From assembly GCA_029210565.1 (NCBI GenBank), contig JARGFQ010000010.1:2252-66251 (forward strand): 64,000 bases of DNA. The letters are read 5' to 3'. Below, piece after piece: positions 54,530 through 64,000 of the stretch. How positions within the stretch are numbered: the stretch's first letter is position 1; each line of letters opens with the position of its first letter. Under the pieces are notes generated by a model. It worked only from the letters and a program-made list of their open reading frames with translations. It had not been told where the DNA came from and searched no databases. Both the position numbers and the translations under genes were made by a program. This DNA is from Bacteroidales bacterium (GTDB lineage Bacteria > Bacteroidota > Bacteroidia > Bacteroidales > VadinHA17).

Positions 54530-56485
54530 ATGAGGCTTTTTTATTTCTTGATTGCAGCCGGGCTGCTCTTGCCGTTTCACCTGAAGGCAAAGGATTATCT
54601 TGTCGTTTCACCGGACGGAAACATCACACTCTCAGTCAGGGTTGACAAGGCAGTGACTCTCACCGTTGCCTGTGACGACAGGGAGGTTGTCTCCGGTCTC
54701 GCTCCGGCGATGCTGCTGGAGGGAGTCAGGATGCCGGGTAACCGGCCTGCAGTTATGCGCAGCATCACCACCCGTGTCCGTGAGATGCTGGTGCCGTTGG
54801 TGCCGCACAAGAACAGCATGGTGCCCGACAATTACAACGCCCTGAGCCTCAGATTCCGAGGCGGTTACTCAATGGAGTTCAGGGTCTATGATGACGGGGT
54901 GGCCTACAGGTTTGTCACTGCGATGAAGGAAGAGGTCACAGTGGAGAATGAAATATTCGCATTTTCGATGCCCGCAGGCACACAGGCACTGTGGCCGCTC
55001 GAGCAAGGCTTCATGTCACATAACGAATGCGCCTTCATTCCGGCTTCAACGGACACCATCGGGAGTGAACAGCTGGCCAGCCTGCCGACACTGTTTATGA
55101 TTGACGGAATGAACATACTGCTTACCGAGGCGGACATACGCGACTATCCCGGCATGTGGCTCACCGGCGACGGCAAGGGGGGAGTGACCGGACTCTTCCC
55201 GGCTTATCCTGCTGCAGTAAAGGCCCACAATGACCGTAATGTCTACGTGACGGAGAGAGAAGACTATATTGCCCGTGTCTCAGGCATACGCACCTACCCG
55301 TGGAGGGTTTTCATCATCACAAGGGATGATGCAGGCCTGGTGGAGAGCGAGATGATATACAGGCTTGGTGCTCCTCCTGCCGCCGGCTCCGACTTCAGCT
55401 GGGTCAGGCCGGGCAAGGTGGCATGGGACTGGTACAATGCCAATAATCTTTTCGGTGTTGACTTCAGGGCCGGGCTCAACAATGAGACCTATAAATATTA
55501 CATCGACTTTGCGGCGGAGTACGGCATTGAATATGTGATCCTCGACGAGGGGTGGTACAACCTCGGTGATGTGCTTGTCGTGGCCGAAGGGTTTGACGTG
55601 GAGGAGCTGTGCACCTACGCCGCCGCGAAGGATGTAGGCATCATACTCTGGGTAGTGTGGAAGAGCTTCCATGACAAAATCGATGAGGCGCTGGCACAGT
55701 ATGAGAGGTGGGGCGTGAAGGGGATCAAGGTCGACTTCATGCAGCGCGACGACCAGTGGATGGTCAACTACTACCACGAGGTGGCCGCCAAAGCCGCAGA
55801 GCACAGGATGCTGGTCGATTTTCACGGATGCTACAAGCCTGACGGCATGGAGCGCCAGTGGCCCAACGTCATCACCCGCGAGGGAGTAAAGGGGCTGGAG
55901 AACAACAAGTGGAGCCACGACTGTAACCCCGAGCATGATGTAACACTGCCCTTCACCCGTATGGTGGCAGGGCCGATGGACTATACCCCGGGAGCAATGG
56001 TCAACATGCAGAAGCGCGATTTCTCCCCGGTATTTTACAGGCCGGCGAGCCAGGGTACGCGGGTGCACCAGATGGCTATGTATGTGGTATACGAGAGCCC
56101 GCTGCAGATGCTGGCCGACAGCCCGTCGAACTACAGGCGCAACGCTGAGTGCACATCCTTTATCGTGGGGACGCCTGTCACCTGGGACCAGACAGAGGTG
56201 GTGGATGCGGCGGTGGGCGACTATATTGCCGTGGCCCGCCGGAAAGTCGACACATGGTATCTCGGCGCCATGACCGACTGGGATGCACGCACACTTGAGA
56301 TTAACCTCTCTTTCCTTGCCCCGGGTGAGTACGAGATGGAGATCTTCAGTGACGGCATCAACGCCGACAGGCACGGGGAGGATTACAAACATATGACAGT
56401 GAAAAAGCACTTTCCCGGTACAGTGACGCTGAATATGGCACCGGGAGGCGGTTGGGTGGCCAGGATAACGCCGGCCGTAAATTAG
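54530..56485 (+). CDS. GH97 family glycoside hydrolase (SusB-like alpha-glucosidase family)
   Basis: Signal peptide MRLFYFLIAAGLLLPFHLKA. Size about 650 aa. Central (beta/alpha)8 region GIEYVILDEGW, GVKGIKVDFMQRDDQ, and the MVAGPMDYTPG region. Confidence 0.8.
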   Translation: MRLFYFLIAAGLLLPFHLKAKDYLVVSPDGNITLSVRVDKAVTLTVACDDREVVSGLAPAMLLEGVRMPGNRPAVMRSITTRVREMLVPLVPHKNSMVPDNYNALSLRFRGGYSMEFRVYDDGVAYRFVTAMKEEVTVENEIFAFSMPAGTQALWPLEQGFMSHNECAFIPASTDTIGSEQLASLPTLFMIDGMNILLTEADIRDYPGMWLTGDGKGGVTGLFPAYPAAVKAHNDRNVYVTEREDYIARVSGIRTYPWRVFIITRDDAGLVESEMIYRLGAPPAAGSDFSWVRPGKVAWDWYNANNLFGVDFRAGLNNETYKYYIDFAAEYGIEYVILDEGWYNLGDVLVVAEGFDVEELCTYAAAKDVGIILWVVWKSFHDKIDEALAQYERWGVKGIKVDFMQRDDQWMVNYYHEVAAKAAEHRMLVDFHGCYKPDGMERQWPNVITREGVKGLENNKWSHDCNPEHDVTLPFTRMVAGPMDYTPGAMVNMQKRDFSPVFYRPASQGTRVHQMAMYVVYESPLQMLADSPSNYRRNAECTSFIVGTPVTWDQTEVVDAAVGDYIAVARRKVDTWYLGAMTDWDARTLEINLSFLAPGEYEMEIFSDGINADRHGEDYKHMTVKKHFPGTVTLNMAPGGGWVARITPAVN

Positions 56486-56500
56486 AAGAGAGTGTAGATT

Positions 56501-57295
56501 ATGCAACAATATCTTGACCTGCTGAGCCATGTGATGACACATGGTATTGAGAAGAGAGACCGCACCGGCACCGGAACACTGAGTACCTTCGGATACCAGA
56601 TGCGCTTCGACCTCTCTGAACGGTTTCCGCTGATGACAACCAAGAAGCTGCATCTCAAATCGATCATCCATGAGCTGCTGTGGTTCCTCAGTGGCAGCAC
56701 CAACGTCGGTTACCTGCAGGAGAACGGGGTAAGGATATGGAACGAATGGGCTGACGCCGACGGCAACCTGGGTCCTGTCTATGGCTCCCAGTGGCGCTCA
56801 TGGCCTGTAGCCGGAGGGGGAACCATTGACCAGATAAGTGCCGTTGTTACCTCCCTGAAGGCTAATCCCGATTCGCGCAGGCATATCGTCTCAGCATGGA
56901 ACGTGGGGGAGCTGGAGAAGATGGCGCTGCCGCCATGCCACATCCTGTTCCAGTTTTATGTTGCCGGCGACAGGCTCTCGTGTCAGCTCTACCAGCGCAG
57001 CGCCGACATCTTTTTGGGAGTGCCTTTCAATATCGCCTCCTACTCGCTGCTGACGATGATGATGGCACAGGTTACGGGCTACAGGCCGGGAGAGTTCATC
57101 CATACCATGGGTGATGCACATATCTACCTCAACCATACTGACCAGGTCAGGCTGCAGCTCACCCGCGAGCCCCGTCCTCTTCCTGTGATGTCCCTTAAAA
57201 GCGGGGTGAGCGATATCCTCTCGTTCAGGTATGAAGATTTCACCCTAACGGGATATGATCCGCACCCTGCCATCAGAGGCGAAATATCTGTATGA
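56501..57295 (+). CDS. thyA: thymidylate synthase
   Basis: [21 protein letters not shown] and active-site LPPCH.LFQFYV. 264 aa. Confidence 0.95.
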   Translation: MQQYLDLLSHVMTHGIEKRDRTGTGTLSTFGYQMRFDLSERFPLMTTKKLHLKSIIHELLWFLSGSTNVGYLQENGVRIWNEWADADGNLGPVYGSQWRSWPVAGGGTIDQISAVVTSLKANPDSRRHIVSAWNVGELEKMALPPCHILFQFYVAGDRLSCQLYQRSADIFLGVPFNIASYSLLTMMMAQVTGYRPGEFIHTMGDAHIYLNHTDQVRLQLTREPRPLPVMSLKSGVSDILSFRYEDFTLTGYDPHPAIRGEISV

Positions 57296-57296
57296 G

Positions 57297-57785
57297 ATGA
57301 TCACCATAATAGTGGCAGTAGACCGTAGAAACGGCATCGGATACAATAACAACCTGCTGGCTCACATCCCCGGTGACCTTCAGAGATTCAAGCAGATCAC
57401 CATGGGTCACTGTCTCATCATGGGCAAGAAGACGTGGGAGTCATTGCCGGTCAGACCACTGCCCGGGAGGCAGAACATAGTGCTCACCGACAATGAGCTT
57501 GATTGTTTCGACTGCGCCCTGACGGCTCGTTCGATAGATGAAGCCCTGAGCCTCTGCGAGCCGGGAAAAGAGATCTTCATCATGGGTGGAGGATCAGTAT
57601 ACAGACAGTTTATGCCGCTTGCCGACAGGTTGATGGTGACACATATTGACAGGGAGTTCACTGCAGATACCTTTTTCCCTGCCATAGACCCCGGTGAATG
57701 GTATCTGTCAGAGAAAGAGGATTATATGGCGGGGGATTCTGAAGCCGTCAGCTTCACTAACGCCATGTACCTGCGGCGAAGGTAA
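57297..57785 (+). CDS. folA: dihydrofolate reductase
   Basis: MITIIVAVDRRNGIG, MGKKTWESLP and IFIMGGGSVY. Directly follows thyA. Confidence 0.9.
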   Translation: MITIIVAVDRRNGIGYNNNLLAHIPGDLQRFKQITMGHCLIMGKKTWESLPVRPLPGRQNIVLTDNELDCFDCALTARSIDEALSLCEPGKEIFIMGGGSVYRQFMPLADRLMVTHIDREFTADTFFPAIDPGEWYLSEKEDYMAGDSEAVSFTNAMYLRRR

Positions 57786-57902
57786 CTTTTTTTTATCCGG
57801 ACGTTAAACTTTGAGTGTCTGCTGTCGTCTCAAAGAGACAGACACCCAATTAACACTCAAAAAAACACCGGTTATGAAACGAAAGTCGTTTATCCCGCCA
57901 TG

Positions 57903-57930
57903 CCTTCAGGCTGAAGGGATAAATCTTTTT
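57903..57930 (+). terminator. weak terminator-like hairpin between convergent folA and clpX
   Basis: CCTTC-AGGCT-GAAGG followed by GATAAATCTTTTT. The T-run is separated from the stem and overlaps the clpX stop codon. Confidence 0.3.
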
Positions 57931-59143
57931 ATGATGCCTTGAGTATCTGCATGTCTACTCTCTCAAGCTTGCGGGAGGCATAGTCGGGGGTGACGGAGAA
58001 CTCCTTTACATCGGCTGAGGGAAGTTCGAACATGGCGTCGATCATGATAGCTTCACATATTGCACGCAAGCCCCTGGCGCCGAGCTTGAATTCAATTGCC
58101 TTGTCAACAATATAGTCGAGTGCCTCGGGGGCGAATGTCAGTTCAATGCCGTCCATGGCAAACAGCTTGACATACTGTTTTGTGATAGAGTTCTTTGGTT
58201 CTGTAAGAATGGCTCTCAGCGCAAGACGATCAAGGGGTGAGAGGTGTGTCAGCACCGGCAGCCTGCCGATGATCTCCGGGATGAGACCGTAGGACCGCAG
58301 ATCCTGGGGTGCAATATATTTCAGAAGATCATCCTTGTCATAGCGGTCACGGCTGCGGCTGGCGTTATAACCCACAACAGCAGTGTTGAGCCTGTGGGCA
58401 ATCTTCTTCTCAATACCCTCAAATGCTCCTCCGCAGATGAACAGAATGTTCTTTGTATCAACGGGTATCATTTTCTGTTCAGGGTGCTTCCTTCCTCCCT
58501 GCGGAGGCACATTGACCACCGAGCCCTCAAGCAGCTTCAGCAGGCCCTGCTGAACACCCTCTCCCGATACGTCACGCGTTATGGAGGGGTTGTCGCCCTT
58601 GCGGGCTATCTTGTCGAGTTCATCAATAAAGACGATACCCTTCTCCGCTGCCTTGACGTCGTAATCGGCACTCTGCAGCAACCGGGTGAGAAGACTTTCG
58701 ATGTCCTCCCCCACGTATCCGGCCTCGGTAAGTACGGTGGCATCAACGATGGTAAAGGGGACATGCAGCATGCGGGCTATGGTCCGCGCCAGCAGTGTCT
58801 TGCCGGTGCCTGTCTCTCCCACAAGGATGATGTTTGATTTCTCGATCTCCACATCATCGCTTTCATGCTTCTGCATCAGCCTCTTGTAATGGTTGTAAAC
58901 AGCTACGGAAAGGGTTTTCTTGGCCCTGTTCTGACCTATCACATACTGATCCAGGAACTGCTTTATCTCACCGGGTTTGCTAAGCTTGATGCTATCAAGG
59001 CTGAAGTTCGATTTGTTCCCCAGCTCTTCCTGAAGGATATTGTATGCCTGCTCTATACAGTGGTCACAGATATGGCCCTCAAGGCCTGCAATGAGCAGGT
59101 TTGCCTCTTTCTTTGTGCGTCCGCAGAATGAACATTTATCCAT
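57929..59143 (-). CDS. clpX: ATP-dependent Clp protease ATP-binding subunit ClpX
   Basis: Zinc finger CSFCGR...CDHC. Walker A GETGTGKT. IVFIDELDKI. Confidence 0.95.
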   Translation of the reverse strand: MDKCSFCGRTKKEANLLIAGLEGHICDHCIEQAYNILQEELGNKSNFSLDSIKLSKPGEIKQFLDQYVIGQNRAKKTLSVAVYNHYKRLMQKHESDDVEIEKSNIILVGETGTGKTLLARTIARMLHVPFTIVDATVLTEAGYVGEDIESLLTRLLQSADYDVKAAEKGIVFIDELDKIARKGDNPSITRDVSGEGVQQGLLKLLEGSVVNVPPQGGRKHPEQKMIPVDTKNILFICGGAFEGIEKKIAHRLNTAVVGYNASRSRDRYDKDDLLKYIAPQDLRSYGLIPEIIGRLPVLTHLSPLDRLALRAILTEPKNSITKQYVKLFAMDGIELTFAPEALDYIVDKAIEFKLGARGLRAICEAIMIDAMFELPSADVKEFSVTPDYASRKLERVDMQILKAS

Positions 59144-59153
59144 CAGGGCAGAA

Positions 59154-59831
59154 TTACTTGACAGATTTGACAAGTACCTCGTCAATCATGCCGTACTCTT
59201 TTGCTTCTGTGGCCGTCATCCAGTGGTCACGGTCAGCATCTTTCTCCACCTGCTCAAGCTTTTGGTCTGTATGCAGGGCTATGACTTCGTAAAGTTCCTT
59301 CTTGATCTTTAGGATCTCTTTTACAACGATCTCTATATCAGAGGCTTGTCCCTCTGCGCCTCCCATCGGCTGATGGATCATGATGCGCGAGTGCTTCAGC
59401 GCCGAACGTTTTCCCCTGGTGCCTGCCGTAAGGAGAATGGCTCCCATCGAGGCTGCCATGCCGGTGCAGATGGTGGCTATATCGGCTGAGATGTACTGCA
59501 TTGTGTCATAAATACCCATCCCTGCGTGAACAGCTCCTCCGGGGGTGTTAAGGTAGATCTGAATATCCTTGCCCGGATCTGAAGAATCAAGGTAGAGCAG
59601 CTGCGCCTGGATAATGTTGGCCACATAGTCATCTACAGGCAGACCCAGAAAGATGATACGGTCCATCATCAGGCGTGAGAAGACATCCATGGAAGCCACA
59701 TTCAGCTGACGTTCCTCAATGATTGTCGGAGAGATGTATCCGTTGCTTGCCGAGATGTAACGGTGCATGTTGAGGCTGCTGATGCCGAAACGGGAAGCAG
59801 CATATTTACTGAAATCTTTAATATCTGACAT
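59154..59831 (-). CDS. clpP: ATP-dependent Clp protease proteolytic subunit ClpP
   Basis: RIIFLG, active-site GMAASMG, and MIHQP. Confidence 0.95.
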   Translation of the reverse strand: MSDIKDFSKYAASRFGISSLNMHRYISASNGYISPTIIEERQLNVASMDVFSRLMMDRIIFLGLPVDDYVANIIQAQLLYLDSSDPGKDIQIYLNTPGGAVHAGMGIYDTMQYISADIATICTGMAASMGAILLTAGTRGKRSALKHSRIMIHQPMGGAEGQASDIEIVVKEILKIKKELYEVIALHTDQKLEQVEKDADRDHWMTATEAKEYGMIDEVLVKSVK

Positions 59832-59884
59832 GATTACTGACTTTGTTTGTGTCTCAAATATACGAAATTATTGCTCTTAAGGTT

Positions 59885-61216
59885 TCATTCTGCCTCGAAG
59901 AGCTTGTTGAACTCTTCGGCTGAGACCGTATTGTCGTCAACCTTCATTGAGTCGATTACGATATCCAGGACCCGCGTGTCAAGCACCTTTTCAGCCAGGC
60001 GACGGGCTTCATCCTCCTTGCGTAGCATGTCCTTCGCAAATGATGTAACCTGCTCATCAGTTGCATAATAGAGGCCGTACTGTGAGAACTGGGCCCTCGT
60101 GAACTCCTTAGCCTCTGCCAGTATCTCCTCGTCGGTGATCTTAAGGTTATTCTCTTTTGCAATGCGGTTCTTGATCAGCTGCCAGCGGAGGTCATCACGG
60201 AAGTGATCGTAATCTTTTTCTATCTCCTCGGCGGTGGCCTTTTCATTGGTTCTTACCAGCCATCTCTTCAGGAACTCATCAGGCAGGTCGAACCCGGTCT
60301 TCTCCAGGATTGTGTCGCGCGCGTCCGTTCTGAGCTTGAATTCGGTCTCACGGCTGAAATAGCCTCTTATCTCATCGGTAACCCTGGCTTCAAAATCCGC
60401 AGCGGTGGCAACGGCTCTCTCACCGTAGACCTTATCCCACAGAGCCTGGTCATTTTCTGCCGGCCTGAAGCGCGACACCTCCCTGACGGTGAAGGTGAAG
60501 TCGCCACTGATATCCTTTGCCTCATCCTTTTGAATCTTGAGCAGCCCGGCTATCTCATAGTCGTTGGGCAGGGCATCGCGGATGCTGAAGGTGATGCTGT
60601 CCCCGGCTGCTTTCCCCAGGAACTCTTTTTTGATGGCCTCATCCTTGACCATCTCTACCGAGAGTGTGGCGTCGTCATTCGTCAGGGTGCCTTCGGCAGA
60701 GGTCACCGAGCCCTTGAGCATATCCTTGTCCTCAGATTTCTCAGCCGCGATGAATTCACCGTGGCGCCGTGCATAGTTATCGACATAATCGGCTATCATC
60801 TTTGCATCAGGTTCAATAATGTAGCGGGTGAGCTTATGCTTTTTCGAAAGGTTCAACTCAAACTCGGGCGCCAGTCCCAGCTCAAAGGTGAAAGTGAACT
60901 CTTCGGAGTTTTCCGGGTCAAAGGAATGTCCTTCCTCCTTCGGTATGGGGTCACCAAGTATATCCAGGTTTTCGCTCTTTATAAAGTTGGAGAGACTCTC
61001 CGAAACGATACTGTTTATCTCATCAACGAGGACGCTGGTACCGTACATCTTCTTTATCAGGGGCAGGGGGGCATGACCCGGCCGGAAGCCTTTCAGGGAG
61101 GCGGTCCTGCGGTATTCTCTCAGTTTCTTGTTGACCTTCTCCTGGTAGTCGTCTTTGGTAATATCAATCCTGACCTGTGCGTTCAGCTGATCAATGTTTT
61201 CTCTGGTGATATTCAT
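59885..61216 (-). CDS. tig: trigger factor
   Basis: Start at MNITRENIDQLNAQVRIDI. GFRPGHAP ribosome-binding motif. tig-clpP-clpX gene order. Confidence 0.9.
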   Translation of the reverse strand: MNITRENIDQLNAQVRIDITKDDYQEKVNKKLREYRRTASLKGFRPGHAPLPLIKKMYGTSVLVDEINSIVSESLSNFIKSENLDILGDPIPKEEGHSFDPENSEEFTFTFELGLAPEFELNLSKKHKLTRYIIEPDAKMIADYVDNYARRHGEFIAAEKSEDKDMLKGSVTSAEGTLTNDDATLSVEMVKDEAIKKEFLGKAAGDSITFSIRDALPNDYEIAGLLKIQKDEAKDISGDFTFTVREVSRFRPAENDQALWDKVYGERAVATAADFEARVTDEIRGYFSRETEFKLRTDARDTILEKTGFDLPDEFLKRWLVRTNEKATAEEIEKDYDHFRDDLRWQLIKNRIAKENNLKITDEEILAEAKEFTRAQFSQYGLYYATDEQVTSFAKDMLRKEDEARRLAEKVLDTRVLDIVIDSMKVDDNTVSAEEFNKLFEAE

Positions 61217-61294
61217 ATGTTGTAAGTTTGCAATCCATTTAAAAAACCGCCTTCTGTTCGCCATTCGGCGGACCGTCAGTGCGGTTCAGCATTC

Positions 61295-61379
61295 TGGTGC
61301 GGATGAAGGGACTCGAACCCCCACGCCCTAAGGCACAAGATCCTAAGTCTTGCTCGGCTACCAATTACGACACATCCGC
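61295..61379 (-). tRNA. tRNA-Leu (anticodon UAG), CCA encoded
   Basis: Reverse complement GCGGATG-TG-TCGTAATTGGTAGCCGAG-CAAGA-CTTAGGA-TCTTG-(long variable arm)-GGGGG-TTCGAGT-CCCTT-CATCCGC-ACCA. It shows a 7-bp acceptor stem, a 5-bp anticodon stem, a TAG anticodon and a class II variable arm. Confidence 0.9.
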
Positions 61380-61434
61380 AAATTGTGGCGCAAATTTAGT
61401 GAAATTTCCTGATTTCTGAAAGTCGGACCGGAAT

Positions 61435-62160
61435 TTACCTCCTGAGTTCGAACTTCTTACCAAGGTAGACATCTCTTACCTGTTCATCATCAGCCAGCTG
61501 TGATGCCGTTCCCTGCTTGAGTATCTTCCCTTCGAAGAGCAGGTAGGCACGGTCGGTGATGGAGAGGGTCTCATGTACGTTGTGGTCGGTGATCAGGATG
61601 CCTATATTCTTGTCTTTCAGATGTGAGACGATCATCTGTATATCCTCCACAGCGATAGGGTCAACGCCGGCAAAGGGTTCATCGAGAAGGATGAAGTTGG
61701 GTTTGAGGGCCAGGGCGCGGGCTATCTCTGTACGCCGGCGCTCGCCGCCGGAGAGCTGTATGCCCAGGCTCTTGCGTATGCGGGTGAGGCCGAACTCCTC
61801 AAGGAGCGACTCCTGGCGTTCACGGCGTTCCTCCCGGCTCATCTCTGACAGCTCCATGACAGCCATCAGGTTGTCTTCCACGCTCAGCTTCCTGAAGATG
61901 GAGGCCTCCTGTGCAAGATAGCCTATGCCCATGCGTGAACGCCTGTACATCGGAAAACCGGTGATCTCGGTATCGTCAAGCCAAATCTGTCCGTTGTTGG
62001 GCCTGATGAGACCCACAATCATGTAGAAGGTAGTGGTCTTGCCGGCTCCGTTGGGTCCCAGCAGTCCTACTATCTCACCCTGTTCCACCTCTACTGAGAC
62101 CTCATTGACAACGGTGCGGGTCTTGTATCGCTTAACAAGGTCTGTGGTATGGAGTTTCAT
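61435..62160 (-). CDS. lptB: LPS export ABC transporter ATP-binding protein LptB
   Basis: Walker [10 protein letters not shown], signature LSGGERRR and Walker [13 protein letters not shown]. 241 aa. Confidence 0.9.
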   Translation of the reverse strand: MKLHTTDLVKRYKTRTVVNEVSVEVEQGEIVGLLGPNGAGKTTTFYMIVGLIRPNNGQIWLDDTEITGFPMYRRSRMGIGYLAQEASIFRKLSVEDNLMAVMELSEMSREERRERQESLLEEFGLTRIRKSLGIQLSGGERRRTEIARALALKPNFILLDEPFAGVDPIAVEDIQMIVSHLKDKNIGILITDHNVHETLSITDRAYLLFEGKILKQGTASQLADDEQVRDVYLGKKFELRR

Positions 62161-62235
62161 TGTTATGTAAAATTAAAAAATTGGTAGAACAGAACCTGGA
62201 AAATTCCCTTTTCAATTCTCTATGTGAGCCCGTGG

Positions 62236-62253
62236 TCATGCAAGTTTCATGTC
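62236..62253 (+). repeat. 18-mer TCATGCAAGTTTCATGTC containing the 13-mer motif
   Basis: Identical to 41925..41942. It overlaps the tatC stop codon (62247..62249) and lies ~80-90 nt upstream of the lptB start (62160, minus strand). Confidence 0.8.
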
Positions 62254-63119
62254 GTTTCACTGTTTCGGTTGGCCTCGTTTGCTTCATCTGCCGCATCGTC
62301 CTCAGCACGCTTCCTGATGACCCTCGCCGCAATAAAGATACTCACTTCGTACAACAAGATCAACGGGATTACCACAAGTATCAGGCTGAAGACGTCGGGA
62401 GGGGTGATCACTGCTGCCAGCAGAAGCACGACGACAATTGAATGTCTCCTGTACTTGCGCATGAACTCGGGGGTGACAACCCCGATGCGGGCCAGGAAGA
62501 AGACCACGATAGGCAGCTCAAAGATGATGCCTGCCGATAGCGCCACCGAGGTGACTGACCCTATGTAGGAGGTAATGTTTATCTGGTTGTCCACCAGGTC
62601 GCTGACCCGGTATGACCCGAGAAAGTTGATGGAAAGGGGAGTGATTATATAATATCCGAAGAGAATTCCCGTGAGGAATAGCAGTGAGGCCGTTGAGACT
62701 GCTCCACGTGCATATTTCCTCTCCTTCTCATAGAGTGCCGGTTTGAAAAATGACCAGAACTCCCAGAAGATGTAGGGGAAGGCCATGATGAGGCCGGCAA
62801 CGATGGAGATGTTAAGGTGAGTGGTGAACTGGCCCGACAGCTTGATGTTTATCAGTTCCACCGGATCCTGGTTAATGCAGAGCACCGGGGCATTGACAGC
62901 ATCGGCAAGGCGGCAGAGTAACCTGTTGGTGATGAAGCCGGGATTGTTGGGAGCAAGAATGACCCTGTCAAAGAGAAAGTCCTTGAAGATGAATGCAACC
63001 ACAGCACCGGCTACAATGGCACCGAGTGACTTTATGATATGCCATCTGAGCTCCTCAAGGTGCTGCAGAAAGGTCATCTCACCTTCAGTTTTTTTATTTT
63101 TGCTGTCTTTTGCGGCCAT
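62247..63119 (-). CDS. tatC: twin-arginine translocase subunit TatC
   Basis: MTFLQHLEELRWHI. Six TM helices. PPDV.S motif (TPPDVFS). Confidence 0.9.
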   Translation of the reverse strand: MAAKDSKNKKTEGEMTFLQHLEELRWHIIKSLGAIVAGAVVAFIFKDFLFDRVILAPNNPGFITNRLLCRLADAVNAPVLCINQDPVELINIKLSGQFTTHLNISIVAGLIMAFPYIFWEFWSFFKPALYEKERKYARGAVSTASLLFLTGILFGYYIITPLSINFLGSYRVSDLVDNQINITSYIGSVTSVALSAGIIFELPIVVFFLARIGVVTPEFMRKYRRHSIVVVLLLAAVITPPDVFSLILVVIPLILLYEVSIFIAARVIRKRAEDDAADEANEANRNSETT

Positions 63120-63348
63120 CAGAGAGGTCTCACAATAAAGCGTGTAAAGATGGCAAATCTAACGTTTCAAAACAATACTTGCCCTCTCCCGGGTAAAAAG
63201 AGAAAAGCGGCCGATATGAAAAATAATATTGATATGTTGTTTAAATTACATTAAATTTGAGATAAGGGTATTATGCCCGTCTCTATATATTTTGTAACTT
63301 GTTGTATGTTTAATATATGTTCAATTAAGGGGGAAGAGAGAGAAAATC

Positions 63349-64000
63349 ATGTATGCTGATGCTTCCATTCACGATTACCTGAAGCGTTATTTTGGCTTTG
63401 ACAACTTCAAGGGCAACCAGCAGCCAATCATCAGGAGCGTCCTTGACGGTAATGACACATTTGTGCTCATGCCCACCGGCGGAGGTAAGTCGCTCTGTTA
63501 TCAGCTTCCTGCTGTGATGATGGAGGGCACCGCGGTGGTGATCTCACCGCTGATAGCCCTGATGAAGAACCAGGTTGACGCCATGCGTAACTTCAATACT
63601 ACCGATGATGTGGCCCACTTCCTCAACTCGTCGCTGAGTAAGACGGCCATAGCACAGGTCAGGAAGGATGTTATGCAGGGCAGGGCAAAGCTTCTGTATG
63701 TGGCTCCGGAATCACTTACCAAGGAGGAGAACATCGACTTCCTGAAGAGCGTGAAGGTATCATTTTATGCTGTTGATGAGGCTCACTGCATATCAGAGTG
63801 GGGGCATGACTTCAGACCAGAATACAGGCGCATCCGCCCGATCATAGACACCATCGCGCGGGCTCCCATCATTGCCCTCACGGCCACGGCCACCCCCAAG
63901 GTGCAGCACGATATACTGAAGAACCTTGGCATCAGCAATGCGGCTGTATTCAAATCGTCATTCAACAGGCCCAACCTCTATTACGAGGTAAAGCCAAAGC
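63349..64000 (+). CDS. recQ: ATP-dependent DNA helicase RecQ (5' part; runs off the window)
   Basis: Open frame from ATG 63349. LKRYFGFDNFKGNQQPII, Walker A LMPTGGGKSLCYQLPA, DEAHCISEWGHDFRPEY and LTATAT. Confidence 0.9.
   Translation, partial: MYADASIHDYLKRYFGFDNFKGNQQPIIRSVLDGNDTFVLMPTGGGKSLCYQLPAVMMEGTAVVISPLIALMKNQVDAMRNFNTTDDVAHFLNSSLSKTAIAQVRKDVMQGRAKLLYVAPESLTKEENIDFLKSVKVSFYAVDEAHCISEWGHDFRPEYRRIRPIIDTIARAPIIALTATATPKVQHDILKNLGISNAAVFKSSFNRPNLYYEVKPK

Noticed and set aside
55280-56671. 463-aa ORF antisense to the GH97 gene and the thyA start
   Set aside because: Same reasoning. It overlaps two confidently identified sense genes, has an H/V/R/P-rich nonsense composition and no motifs.
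60203-61225. 340-aa ORF antisense to trigger factor
   Set aside because: It shadows the tig coding frame and has no recognisable domain. The tig-clpP-clpX synteny supports the minus-strand gene.

Overview
The window reads as a core chromosomal segment of a Bacteroidota genome (Bacteroidales/Marinilabiliales-like, probably anaerobic). Supporting evidence: TAnnTTTG -7 promoter boxes in AT-rich intergenic DNA, a CarboxypepD_reg TonB-dependent receptor paired with DUF4249, GH97, a eukaryote-type GT3 glycogen synthase, the GDE/GT4/GH57 trio and lipoprotein signal peptides. I call about 61 protein-coding genes and one tRNA-Leu(UAG). I found no transposase, integrase, phage gene, CRISPR array or recognisable defence system.

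Gene content, left to right:
- TonB receptor and DUF4249
- membrane protein, winged-helix regulator and CreD
- GlpD-like dehydrogenase, AGPS-family flavoenzyme and FGGY kinase
- sulfide-dependent homocysteine synthesis genes (COG1900, NIL-ferredoxin, UPF0280)
- a TetR/TolC/HlyD/2xABC/2xABC-2 efflux operon
- crcB and DUF190
- YifB/ComM and a tandem SiaB-like protein
- lpxH and two TlpA-like oxidoreductases
- a large glycogen cluster: debranching enzyme, GT4, GH57, a 1409-aa GT3 synthase fused to a GT35 phosphorylase, and glgB
- ribF, ahcY, greA, a HIT protein, comF-like and ruvC
- S41 peptidase, EamA transporter and serS
- rpmA-rplU, GH97 and thyA-folA
- tig-clpP-clpX, lptB, tatC and the 5' part of recQ

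Best candidates for something new:
1. The GlpD-like / AGPS / FGGY-kinase module, a possible alkylglycerol ether-lipid pathway.
2. Histone-H1-like Lys/Ala/Pro tails on a GH57 glycogen enzyme and on ribosomal protein L21.
3. A recurring pseudo-palindromic 13-mer, ATGCAAGTTTCAT, at five mainly intergenic sites.
4. A shared ACTTTG-N5-CAAAGT operator in front of two adjacent envelope operons.
5. A CCGGATCA...TGCAAGG tandem-repeat family at two loci, one directly upstream of crcB.
6. Diverged 'echo' copies of gene 3' ends just downstream of ahcY and the UPF0280 gene.

All functional calls rest on motif recognition in the translated ORFs. No database search was run.
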